Program-made: the position numbers and the translations under genes
IMG/VR virus record: IMGVR_UViG_3300021560_000011
Coordinates: 1 to 40,855 of that record
Direction: 5' to 3' (one strand)
Length of the DNA: 40,855 nt
DNA from: a virus
Lineage: Duplodnaviria > Caudoviricetes
Shown: positions 22,488 to 31,509 of the stretch, piece by piece
Position numbering within the stretch: the first letter of the stretch is position 1
Layout of the letters: each line of letters opens with the position of its first letter
Notes under the pieces: generated by a model
Databases searched by the model: none
Seen by the model: the letters and a program-made list of their open reading frames with translations, nothing else
Told to the model about the DNA's origin: nothing

Positions 22488-24971
22488 ATGGTAAAAGGTT
22501 TCGGTCCTGTAAATGCTAAAGCTGCTTTCATAGCTGACTATCCTCAAGGCAAAGACTTTGAGACTAGTTATGCTCTTACTGGATATAGCGGTGACTTACT
22601 ACGTAAGTTCTGTAAGGAGCACAACCTTACATTAGAAGATTTTTATCGGACCTGCCTAATAAAAGAAGCACCACCAGACTCTCGCTTGGATAAAACAAAA
22701 TATGAAGCCACGATAGTAGAACTTAAGCAGACTTATGGTCCTATGCTGCTTGATGAACTTAACGGACTTAAGTTGAATCTCTTGATTCCTCTTGGTGAGT
22801 TAAGCTTCAACTACTTAACGAACTTAACCAGCATCCGTAAGTTCCGTGGTTCTGTTCTTCCTCCTACAGGTGAGTTAAGTATAAACAATGAGAATCTAAA
22901 AGTTCTACCTATCCTTGGTCCTTATCCTTACCTAAACCAGGAATACCGACTACGTGTAATAAGTCGTATAGATTTTGGTAAAATACCCAAGTACTTAAAT
23001 AATAATCCTATACCAGATAACCAATATAATATATGGGTAGCCCGGTCTGCATCAGCATTACGAGCCTATCTAGATAGAGCCTATAAAGAATGTGTAGCTA
23101 GGGAAGGCTTCCTAGTCTTTGATATTGAAACCTACCTTCAGATACCTATCTGTATAAGCTTCTGCTTTGATGGCTTTGAGTCTGTCTGTATACCTATCTT
23201 AGATTCTACTATCGATATAGACCAGCGAGCACTAATGATTGAGTTGGTGGATAGGATCTTACGCTCACCTCTTCCAAAGGTAAATCAGAATATAAAATAT
23301 GATTGGAAGATTCTCGAGCGTTGGGGATTCCAAGTCAATAACGTAATGGGAGACACTATGCTTGCTACTAGTGTTATCTACTGTGAGTTCCCAAAGAATT
23401 TAGGTTTCCTTACTTCTATCTATACTGAACTTCCCTACTTTAAGGATGAAGGTAAAGAATTTGATCCTGATAAAGGTAAGCGTGATAGATACTATCTATA
23501 TAACGCTAAGGATTCTCTTGCTACAAGTCAGATCTACACACAACAAAAAATAGAGCTGATTGAAACTGGCACGAAGTTAGTATATGATAACTTGACAACT
23601 ATTCTACCTATCTACAGAAGAATGGAAGATAGGGGTTTCAGAATTGATGATACTAAGAGACAGAAGCTTTTAGCTCGATACCAAAGCTTACTTCATGTTC
23701 AAGAGTTAAAGTGCAGGAAACTTTTAGGTTGGGATTACTTTAATCCTATTAGTCATAAGCAATGTCATGATGCTATCTTTGAAGAGTTAGGATACAAAAA
23801 ACTACGTGGGATGAAATCCACTAAAGATGGTAAACCTAGCACTGATGAGGAATCTCTAGACTATCTTTCTGTACATGGTATCGCGGAACGCAGTCCAAAC
23901 TTTGGGCCTGTAGTACTTGCAGCTATCATAGGAGCTAGGAAGGTCAAAAAAGTTCTTGAGATCCTAGAATTACCAACTTATCCTGATGGCCGTTTCAGGT
24001 GCGAGTATAACTTGACTGGAACTGAAAATGCCAGAACAAGTGCAGGTAAGTCTACAGATCAGATTTTAGTACTGGATGGGAATAAGATATTTATAGTTAA
24101 TTTAGGTCATAGTCTCCAAACTATCGGTAAACATGGATTCACTATTGATGGGATTACATATGGGAAGGATCTACGTAGTATCTTTGTACCTAGTCATGGT
24201 TACAACTTTGTAGAGTGTGATTTAAACTCTGCTGAAGCTAGAGTGGATCGGGTTTTAAGTGGAAACCTGGATATGAGTATCTTCGAGCCGCCTGGTATTC
24301 ACAGACTGACAGGATCTTGGCTCTACTCATGTAAACCTAATGAGATTAAGAAAAACACTCTAGTAGATGGAGTGGACAGATATCATATGGCTAAGACTGT
24401 CAGACATGCTGCTGAAAGAAACATGGGACCAGACAGACTTGTCATGATGACACAACGTCCATTGAAGGAATGTAAAGATATTCTAGATAAGCTTCATGGT
24501 TTCCAACCTGAAATTAAAAGAAGTTTTCATAGCGGAATTAAGAATGCTTTAGATATGCCAAGTCACTGTCTTGTAGCTCCGAATGGTAGAAGAAGAGATT
24601 TCTTTGATAGGATTGAGAAGGAAACTTATAATCAGGCTATTAGTTTCTTGCCACAAGCTATAGTTAGTGACCAGACTAAGTTTGCTGGTATAGGACGTAC
24701 CTTCAGTGACAACAGTATCTACTCTTGGGCACACTTGCTAGAAGAAGGTCATGATGGTATTCTAGCGGAGGTTAAGAAAGGACGTGAGCTAGAATTTGCT
24801 GAGTTGTATAAACGAAACGTTGAGAGTGAACCGATTGACTTTAGGAAGTGTACACTATCTAGAGATATTCGGCTAGTAATACCTTGTGAAGTGGCTGTAG
24901 GTGAAAGTTGGTTCGAGGAAGATTTAAAGGAAGTGCAGCTCTCTGAGCTTGCTACTACTAGAGTTATCTAA
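22488..24971 (+). CDS. polA: family A DNA polymerase with N-terminal UDG-like domain and 3'-5' exonuclease
   Basis: ExoI FDIET, ExoII NQNIKYD, ExoIII YNAKD; PSTDEESL, TENARTS; motif A ECDLNSAEARV, motif B AKTVRH, motif C GHDGI; N-terminal VKGFGPVNAK...GYSGDLL UDG-family-4-like fold. Confidence 0.92.
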   Translation: MVKGFGPVNAKAAFIADYPQGKDFETSYALTGYSGDLLRKFCKEHNLTLEDFYRTCLIKEAPPDSRLDKTKYEATIVELKQTYGPMLLDELNGLKLNLLIPLGELSFNYLTNLTSIRKFRGSVLPPTGELSINNENLKVLPILGPYPYLNQEYRLRVISRIDFGKIPKYLNNNPIPDNQYNIWVARSASALRAYLDRAYKECVAREGFLVFDIETYLQIPICISFCFDGFESVCIPILDSTIDIDQRALMIELVDRILRSPLPKVNQNIKYDWKILERWGFQVNNVMGDTMLATSVIYCEFPKNLGFLTSIYTELPYFKDEGKEFDPDKGKRDRYYLYNAKDSLATSQIYTQQKIELIETGTKLVYDNLTTILPIYRRMEDRGFRIDDTKRQKLLARYQSLLHVQELKCRKLLGWDYFNPISHKQCHDAIFEELGYKKLRGMKSTKDGKPSTDEESLDYLSVHGIAERSPNFGPVVLAAIIGARKVKKVLEILELPTYPDGRFRCEYNLTGTENARTSAGKSTDQILVLDGNKIFIVNLGHSLQTIGKHGFTIDGITYGKDLRSIFVPSHGYNFVECDLNSAEARVDRVLSGNLDMSIFEPPGIHRLTGSWLYSCKPNEIKKNTLVDGVDRYHMAKTVRHAAERNMGPDRLVMMTQRPLKECKDILDKLHGFQPEIKRSFHSGIKNALDMPSHCLVAPNGRRRDFFDRIEKETYNQAISFLPQAIVSDQTKFAGIGRTFSDNSIYSWAHLLEEGHDGILAEVKKGRELEFAELYKRNVESEPIDFRKCTLSRDIRLVIPCEVAVGESWFEEDLKEVQLSELATTRVI

Positions 24972-25054
24972 AGGAGAATGCTAACTAAATAAGTTAGTAG
25001 CTATAAAGTCTAAAGCTTCTTAGTAGGCTAAAAGCCTGGAGGGATAGGAGTGAT

Positions 25055-26233
25055 GTGGCTGAAAACTTCATCAGTGCAGTTATTAACCACACAGAACGTA
25101 ATGAAAGTCCAACAAGTTTTTGGAAGTGGAGTAGTTTCTCAACGATTTCGTCAGTTATGCGGGACCGTTGCTATCTTAAATTTGGAGATAGTTTCCTCTT
25201 CCCTAATCTTTATATTATGCTTTTGGCTGAAAGCTCGGGCCATAGAAAAAATGCCCCTGTTGAATTAAGCCAAGGGTTAGTAACTAATATAGCTGGCATA
25301 AAATCTATAGCTGGCAGAGCTTCTGTGGAAGGTATACTTGATGAATTAGCTGTGGCTGAAACTGATAACTTTGGTAAACTTGTGAAGTGTAACTCAGCTA
25401 CCTTTTTCTCAACTGAACTTAGTGCTGGTATAGTGAATAATGTAGAAGGTATTAAGATACTTACCGATATATATGATTACAAGCCTACACCTTATCAACA
25501 TAGGCTTCGTACCGGACCCAAGTTCGACTTAACGCGGGTCGTATTTTCAATGTTTTCTGCAAGTAACGAAAAGATGCTGCAAGGATTCTTTAATGATGCT
25601 ATCATAGGTGGTGGCTTTATTGCCCGTACCTTACTTATAATGCCGGATGAGTTCCGTGAACCTAATAGTTTACTTAGAGTTGACCATGATGCTAGGAAGG
25701 AAAGTAAAGACCGTGTAGTTCAACACCTGAAAAAGGTAGCTCAAGTTACTGGTGAGTTTGGTTTTATAGAAGAAGCTATTACAGAATACGAATCATGGTA
25801 TAGTCCATTCAGAAAGGAGTATAACAAAAGAAAAGAAACTACAGGTTTTATAGGTAGAGTACATACTCATGTATTAAAGTTAAGTATGATACTTGCAGCG
25901 AATGACCTAACAAAGTGTATTCAGAAAAGACACATTGAGCAAGCAATCGAGGAATGCCTGAGTTTAATTAAAAACTACAGCATGTTTACTATGAGCAACG
26001 CAAAAACAGATTTGGGTAGTGTTGGTGGGGTGATTGTTCTTGAATTGGCAGCAGCTAAAGATAACATGCTTGCCAGAAAGAGTATAGTTAGAGCACACTG
26101 GCAGAACTTAGATATAACACTGCTAGATAAAGCTAGGGATGCTTTAGTGGAAGCGGGGATGTTACAAATTCACATGATGAAAGAAGGCGAATACTGGAAA
26201 TTAACACAAACAGCACTGGAGATGTTGAAGTGA
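25055..26233 (+). CDS. DUF3987-like AAA+ helicase with C-terminal winged helix
   Basis: ESPTSFWKWS, PNLYIMLLAESSGHRKNAP (Walker A-like), STELS, LTDIYD, GGGFIAR; follows polA. Confidence 0.75.
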   Translation: MAENFISAVINHTERNESPTSFWKWSSFSTISSVMRDRCYLKFGDSFLFPNLYIMLLAESSGHRKNAPVELSQGLVTNIAGIKSIAGRASVEGILDELAVAETDNFGKLVKCNSATFFSTELSAGIVNNVEGIKILTDIYDYKPTPYQHRLRTGPKFDLTRVVFSMFSASNEKMLQGFFNDAIIGGGFIARTLLIMPDEFREPNSLLRVDHDARKESKDRVVQHLKKVAQVTGEFGFIEEAITEYESWYSPFRKEYNKRKETTGFIGRVHTHVLKLSMILAANDLTKCIQKRHIEQAIEECLSLIKNYSMFTMSNAKTDLGSVGGVIVLELAAAKDNMLARKSIVRAHWQNLDITLLDKARDALVEAGMLQIHMMKEGEYWKLTQTALEMLK

Positions 26234-26457
26234 GTGGGTGTTCTAATTTCAGAACCAGCAAAGGAAGCAGGGAGGAGTGTCTAACGTGCGGGCGGGCCAG
26301 GTCTGAACATCAGCCAGAAAGTACTAAAAAAGAGCTGGAAGTAAAACCTGACCCGCTGGAACCTGACCCCGCGCGGATCAAGATTTACTTTGCTGGTAGG
26401 TGGTACGAATACGCTAACTGGCAGGAAGCTCAAAAGGATGGATTCTACCTTGGCTAA
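26230..26457 (+). CDS. small Zn-finger protein
   Basis: CSNF...CLTCG...H; GTGA overlap; RBS GGAG. Confidence 0.6.
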   Translation: MSGCSNFRTSKGSREECLTCGRARSEHQPESTKKELEVKPDPLEPDPARIKIYFAGRWYEYANWQEAQKDGFYLG

Positions 26458-26653
26458 ACCTGAAGCTAAACCTAAAGCTAAAGAAACACCTAGATGCCCA
26501 CAGTGTGACTCAGAAGAATTTGTAACTAAAGAATACGACTATGGGATAGATTTTGAAACTGGCTACTCAGATAGTGGAACAATAGCTAGGTGCTTAAAGT
26601 GTGGGTTTCAAGGGGAGATTGAAGAGTTTCTAGGGTTTGAGTCTGAAGGTTAG
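26438..26653 (+). CDS. small Zn-ribbon protein
   Basis: CPQC...CLKCG; start taken at ATG 26438. Confidence 0.65.
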   Translation: MDSTLAKPEAKPKAKETPRCPQCDSEEFVTKEYDYGIDFETGYSDSGTIARCLKCGFQGEIEEFLGFESEG

Positions 26654-26946
26654 AAGCCTGCCTCTTCTTCAGTTACCTGAACTGCTGTATCCAACACCTG
26701 TTCAAAGTATTTAGCATCTATGTTAGTAGGTTCTGAAGGTACACCTTGAAAGTAGCTGTAGTTATTTCTTATCATACGGTTAAAATAGTATCCTTTAGAT
26801 ACACTCCGCTTGAGCGCAACATAAGTTTGTGGAGAAACATTTTCATATGTATAAACACTACCATCTTGAAACTGTACCGTTAGATAGCCTCTTTCAAAAC
26901 CCGCAGCCCGAAGGCAGAATGAGTCCCCCAAAAACTCTAGGTCCAT
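26650..26946 (-). CDS. KTSC-domain protein
   Basis: LTVQFQDGSVYTYENVSPQTYVAL...SKGYYFNRMIRNNY matches the KTSC pattern; RBS AAGGAG. Confidence 0.88.
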   Translation of the reverse strand: MDLEFLGDSFCLRAAGFERGYLTVQFQDGSVYTYENVSPQTYVALKRSVSKGYYFNRMIRNNYSYFQGVPSEPTNIDAKYFEQVLDTAVQVTEEEAGF

Positions 26947-26964
26947 TACTAAAAGACTCCTTTT

Positions 26965-27459
26965 ATGAAAGCTATTCCTACAACTAATCCAAAATATTCT
27001 ATTCTAGTAGATGATGAAGATTACGATAGAGTTAAACTTTATAATTGGTGTATTCACGGTGCTGCTAGAGGTTATAATATAACAAGAAGAATTGATAGTA
27101 CACAAAGGCCACATATAAAACTTTCAAATTATATTATGAGGAATAACAATGTTATTTATGACCATATTGATAGAAATTTCTTAAATAATCAGAAAGAAAA
27201 TTTAAGAATTTGTACAGCTACACAAAATGCTCAGAATAAAACTAAATTATATAGTGATTTAATTAATTATAGCTCTAAATATAAAGGGGTAGCTTGGTAT
27301 AGTAGAGGTAAAAAATGGATGGTTAGAATAAGAGCTAATCATGAAAATTATTTCATAGGTTATTTCAAAGACGAACTAGAAGCAGCCCATGCCTACGATA
27401 AAGCTGCTCTTAAGTATCATGGTGAGTTCGCATGTTTAAACTTCCCACCTACTTATTAG
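26965..27459 (+). CDS. HNH endonuclease with AP2-like domain (homing endonuclease 3), antisense to the late arm
   Basis: LVDDEDY, YDHIDRNFLNNQKENLR, SSKYKGV...IGYF.DELEAAHAYD.AA.KYHGEFACLNF; very AT-rich. Confidence 0.92.
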   Translation: MKAIPTTNPKYSILVDDEDYDRVKLYNWCIHGAARGYNITRRIDSTQRPHIKLSNYIMRNNNVIYDHIDRNFLNNQKENLRICTATQNAQNKTKLYSDLINYSSKYKGVAWYSRGKKWMVRIRANHENYFIGYFKDELEAAHAYDKAALKYHGEFACLNFPPTY

Positions 27460-28918
27460 GTACAAAACTATAGTCTCCACTTCCACCCTCTGTTTTTTCT
27501 AAAGTACCCCACTGTTTATTCCCCTTCGTATCTATTGCAGCTATATTAATACCTTGTAACGCGCTAGTAAGTGCTTTAGCTATATAACCTGATGAAGCAT
27601 CAAGTGGCTGACTACCTGCAATCTTTGTAACTATTTTAGATGTAGCTGGATTAGTTAATAATCTTCCCATAGCTGCAACTGGTAGGTACAGACCAGCTAT
27701 ACTTGTAGCACTTGTAGCAGCCATATGCAAGTTGTTACTTAACAAACCTAAGCCTAATGAGAAACCTGAACCTAAGAACCTAAGTTGTTTAGCTACAGGA
27801 TAAGTTTGCTGCTTGTCTTGTGTATAAGCTATATTTTTAATAAAATCCTGAACATCCTGCATTCCAGACTTACCAAAAAGCGTATTAAGACTAGTGTTCA
27901 TCTCTGGATCTGTCCACATCCTAGTTAGTTTATTAGGATCTAACCTAGTTACTGCACCTGAAGCATCCCTAGTAGCTGCTGTATTAACTATACGCATAAA
28001 CTGATAAGCTTGAAGATCTTTTCTAACATTAAGCCCACTTGGACCCATAAGTTGACCGGCTTTAAGTACTTTACTTAACCTATCAGGATCTTGAATCACA
28101 TCATCAAGTTTCTGAAAAGGATTCTGTCCTCCACTCAGAATATCTAAGGCTTCCTCACTAGCATAATGGGAGGCAGGTCTAAAAGAAGTAGCTGGATTAG
28201 TACTTAACCCACCTTCAAGTGTAGTTCTGAGCTTATCGGCTAGCTTTACTGGGTCAGTGTTAACAGTAAAAGGTCTACCGTTCATAGCATTAGCCATACC
28301 TAAAGCTTGTGTAAATCCTGCGCCACCAGCTTTATCCAAAGCAGCAGCTTTAGCACCAGTAGCACCAAAATCCTCCGCAAATTTAGCACTTGTGGCTAAC
28401 ATATGATGACCATAAGCTTCTAGAGCTTGGCTAGTAGTAGGAGCAAATTTATATATCTCTGGTGTACTTGCGTTAGCTATAGCTTTCCCACCTCTCCACA
28501 AACCACCTATGATTCTTCCACCTATAGCATTAATAAAACCATCCTTTAAACTATCTGTTATACCCTCATTCTGTTGACCAGCTGGAGTTTGCTGGATAGG
28601 TTTAAGTGCATTCAGCATTCTATCTATAGCAGCATAACCTCCTACCTCAGCTCCAAAACCAACTATAGGATTTGCAGTTAATAAACCAGCACCAGCACCT
28701 GCTGCTGTACCTCCTGCTCCAGCTATGAAAGGTCTTACAAAATCAATAGCAGCACTTAACGCCGGGTCGAAATTATACTTATCTGGACCTGGCTTTGCTT
28801 TTGGTAGTCCAAGTGAAAGTGCAGCTTGCATCTCATCAGCAGTAGCATCTGAAGGAAAGACATGAGTTGTTCCATCAGGTAAATTTACTATATTCGATAA
28901 ACCATCCGCTAGTGGCAT
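27449..28918 (-). CDS. probable internal virion / DNA ejection protein
   Basis: Ala/Gly-rich, hydrophobic GAG stretches, N-terminal LPDGTTHVFPSDATADEM; end of structural module. Confidence 0.6.
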   Translation of the reverse strand: MPLADGLSNIVNLPDGTTHVFPSDATADEMQAALSLGLPKAKPGPDKYNFDPALSAAIDFVRPFIAGAGGTAAGAGAGLLTANPIVGFGAEVGGYAAIDRMLNALKPIQQTPAGQQNEGITDSLKDGFINAIGGRIIGGLWRGGKAIANASTPEIYKFAPTTSQALEAYGHHMLATSAKFAEDFGATGAKAAALDKAGGAGFTQALGMANAMNGRPFTVNTDPVKLADKLRTTLEGGLSTNPATSFRPASHYASEEALDILSGGQNPFQKLDDVIQDPDRLSKVLKAGQLMGPSGLNVRKDLQAYQFMRIVNTAATRDASGAVTRLDPNKLTRMWTDPEMNTSLNTLFGKSGMQDVQDFIKNIAYTQDKQQTYPVAKQLRFLGSGFSLGLGLLSNNLHMAATSATSIAGLYLPVAAMGRLLTNPATSKIVTKIAGSQPLDASSGYIAKALTSALQGINIAAIDTKGNKQWGTLEKTEGGSGDYSFVPNK

Positions 28919-28919
28919 C

Positions 28920-30440
28920 CTATTGACCTCCCGCTTGTACTAATTTACCTGTTTTAGGATCTCTTATCCACTGTATAGTTTTACTTTTAGTAGGCCCACC
29001 ACCAGGTTTAGTTATAATAGTACTTGGTAGTTGAGTAAATTTATAACCACTTAGAATAGCATTTTGTTGACCTTCAGGCAACCCTTGCACAAGATCTTTA
29101 GCTCTACCCCACAGATCTTGTGTCACAAACTTATTGTACTTCTCATTCTCAGGTTCTGCTCCAGATATAACAGGTATTCTATTAGGTGAGTAACCCTCAA
29201 AGTATCTCTTAAGCTCAGGTTCTGACATTCTCTTACTGCCGCTTAAAGAAGTAGCTATTTTAGGAATTAAGGTATCTAGTTGATTCTGAAGAGATTGGAA
29301 TTTTTTAAAATCAGTAGTTCCAGGGATATTAATAAGTGTAGGGGAGTCTCTCCTAAGTATATGCAGGTCATGTAGAATTGGGGCAGCTTGTGCCATAAGT
29401 TGAGTGTCTTTTAAATCTTTAACCTCCTGGTCTGTTAGAGAACCTACATTATAAGCTGCTGCTGCACTTGAGATTACCTGTTTAAGTTTAGGGTTAACTT
29501 TTTCCTGTCTTTCCAAACTATCAGTACCTTTATAGATATTAGTTAAAGACTGGTTAATAGTAGATCCTATTGGACCAGGAACATTAAACTGTGGTTGCCC
29601 ATCTCCTGAAGTTATAGCTACTCCACCTTGCCCTGTTCCTTTAGGTTGACCAAATAAATTACCACCAGAGAGTTCACTCAACCCGCCAGTAGCTGCTATC
29701 ATAGATTGTCTAATTCTCTCAGCAGCCTCAATATTAGCTATAGAAATTCTACCTGCTGTTTCTGCAGCTGCTCTTTTAGCATCAAAATCTTTCTGAGCAT
29801 TTATCTGGGCTAAGTATCTCTTAGTTTCCTCCGCTTGGGTAATCTTGGCTAATTCTGATTCCCTATTCAGCATTTCCTGCTGTAATACTCTTTGCTCATT
29901 AATCCTAGCAGCTTCCTGTTGTCTAGCTACTGCTGCTGCTTGAAGTGCTGCAGGACTAGAACTTAACGGCGGCGCGGAATATGTTCTTCCTGTGCCTGGA
30001 AAGAATACCTGGTTATTTTCTGCCCCTGTTAAAGTTAAAGGGGCTACTTTATTCTCCTGTGGGAAAGTAATTTGACCAGTCTGTGGATTAAAAGTTGAAA
30101 CAGGTGCTTGATAAGGTTGTGCAGGTGTTAGTCCTGGTTGAACTGCTGCACCTGAAGGAGTTATTCCTGTTTGTTGAAAAGCTTGAACTTGAGCTAGCTC
30201 TTTCTGAGCTTGATTAGCTTCTGCTTCAGATTTCTGTAACTCAAAAAGTTTCTCAGCAGCTTTCTGTTGTGCATCAAAATGAGCACTTTCTAGATTTAAA
30301 GTATTTTCATGCTCCTGCTTTCTCTCAGCAAGCTCGTTCTCCCTAAACTCTTGTTCTTTCTTGAACTGACTTGCAGCTTGAGCACCTTGAAGACCCCTGA
30401 GCCAAGCTTCAAGGATCATATTAGCTTGTTCTTGAGCCAT
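28920..30440 (-). CDS. probable internal virion / DNA ejection protein
   Basis: Gln/Ala-rich coiled coils, C-terminal RDPKTGKLV; position after the tail genes. Confidence 0.6.
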   Translation of the reverse strand: MAQEQANMILEAWLRGLQGAQAASQFKKEQEFRENELAERKQEHENTLNLESAHFDAQQKAAEKLFELQKSEAEANQAQKELAQVQAFQQTGITPSGAAVQPGLTPAQPYQAPVSTFNPQTGQITFPQENKVAPLTLTGAENNQVFFPGTGRTYSAPPLSSSPAALQAAAVARQQEAARINEQRVLQQEMLNRESELAKITQAEETKRYLAQINAQKDFDAKRAAAETAGRISIANIEAAERIRQSMIAATGGLSELSGGNLFGQPKGTGQGGVAITSGDGQPQFNVPGPIGSTINQSLTNIYKGTDSLERQEKVNPKLKQVISSAAAAYNVGSLTDQEVKDLKDTQLMAQAAPILHDLHILRRDSPTLINIPGTTDFKKFQSLQNQLDTLIPKIATSLSGSKRMSEPELKRYFEGYSPNRIPVISGAEPENEKYNKFVTQDLWGRAKDLVQGLPEGQQNAILSGYKFTQLPSTIITKPGGGPTKSKTIQWIRDPKTGKLVQAGGQ

Positions 30441-30442
30441 AG

Positions 30443-31495
30443 CTAACTCCCACTCCCGACCCGCTTATCAAGGTTCTGAACAGCTCCAACAAGATAAGGG
30501 ATTATACCAGCATAGTTAATAGCTTTATAACCTATAGGGGTTTCTTTAACAAGATCAGGTAGAACTTTCTCTACATCTTGAGCTATAAAACCTATATCTT
30601 TATTTTCAGGTCCGCTGTGACTGCCGCGCCAAGCCCACTCTGCACTCCTAAGTGCTCTTATTTTATTTATAGCTTTATCTTGTGGGATCTCTTTAATTTC
30701 AGTCTTAAGCCGTTCATCAGAAAGGAATAAGAAGGGTAAAACACTAGCTAAGACACTTCCAGCACCACCTAAAGCACCAGCTAATCCTCCAGGTTTAGTT
30801 TGTGTTGAAGTTCCTGTAGTAGCTGATGTTCCTGTCTGCATCCCAGACTGATTTGCCATTGTACTTCCGGTTTGCTGTCCAGTTTGAGTTCCAGTCTGAG
30901 TTTGAGTACTAGTTCCAGCTTGAGTACCTGTAGTAGTTGTGCCTTTAGGCAAGTTAGCAAATAAACCACCTGCACCAGCTAGGTTGGCCAGTTGTAACTG
31001 ATTAAGTAAAAGCGGTGCTTGTTGCTCCATACCTGTTATTTGATTAATCCTATTTTGTTGTACTCCACCTTGTGCTGTAGCTGCAACAGGGCTAGTGCTT
31101 AAACCTCTGGAAGCCATAATAGCATCCACAGCTTTACTTTGAGCATCAGCACCAGCATTAATATTAGCAGTTTGTCCAGCTACATATCCTCCTAAACTAG
31201 GAGCCTGTAATCCTCCAGCCTGACTAACAAGTTTAGTCATCAAAGCTTGCTCTTCTGGAGTTAAAACAGGAGTAGTAGTTCCAGTAGTGGTTTGCTGTGT
31301 AGCACCACTTATTTGCATTAGGGTTTGGAGGAAGTTAAGTAGATCACTAGAAGTAGCTGAAGTTCCACTTGTATTCTGGGTAGAACTTGTATTTTGATCT
31401 GTAGTTCCTGAAGTAGTTGACGGTATAGCTCCTGCTGCACCTGCTAATGCTGCTGCTATTCCTGTTAGTAATCCTGCATTTGGACTTGGTGTCAT
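30443..31495 (-). CDS. ejection/pilot-like protein with C-terminal peptidase S74 (intramolecular chaperone) domain
   Basis: Thr/Gln/Gly-rich body; SDERLK...IGFIAQDVEKVLPDLV...INYAGIIPYLVGAVQ. Confidence 0.8.
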   Translation of the reverse strand: MTPSPNAGLLTGIAAALAGAAGAIPSTTSGTTDQNTSSTQNTSGTSATSSDLLNFLQTLMQISGATQQTTTGTTTPVLTPEEQALMTKLVSQAGGLQAPSLGGYVAGQTANINAGADAQSKAVDAIMASRGLSTSPVAATAQGGVQQNRINQITGMEQQAPLLLNQLQLANLAGAGGLFANLPKGTTTTGTQAGTSTQTQTGTQTGQQTGSTMANQSGMQTGTSATTGTSTQTKPGGLAGALGGAGSVLASVLPFLFLSDERLKTEIKEIPQDKAINKIRALRSAEWAWRGSHSGPENKDIGFIAQDVEKVLPDLVKETPIGYKAINYAGIIPYLVGAVQNLDKRVGSGS

Positions 31496-31509
31496 ACTTC
31501 CCTTCCCTC

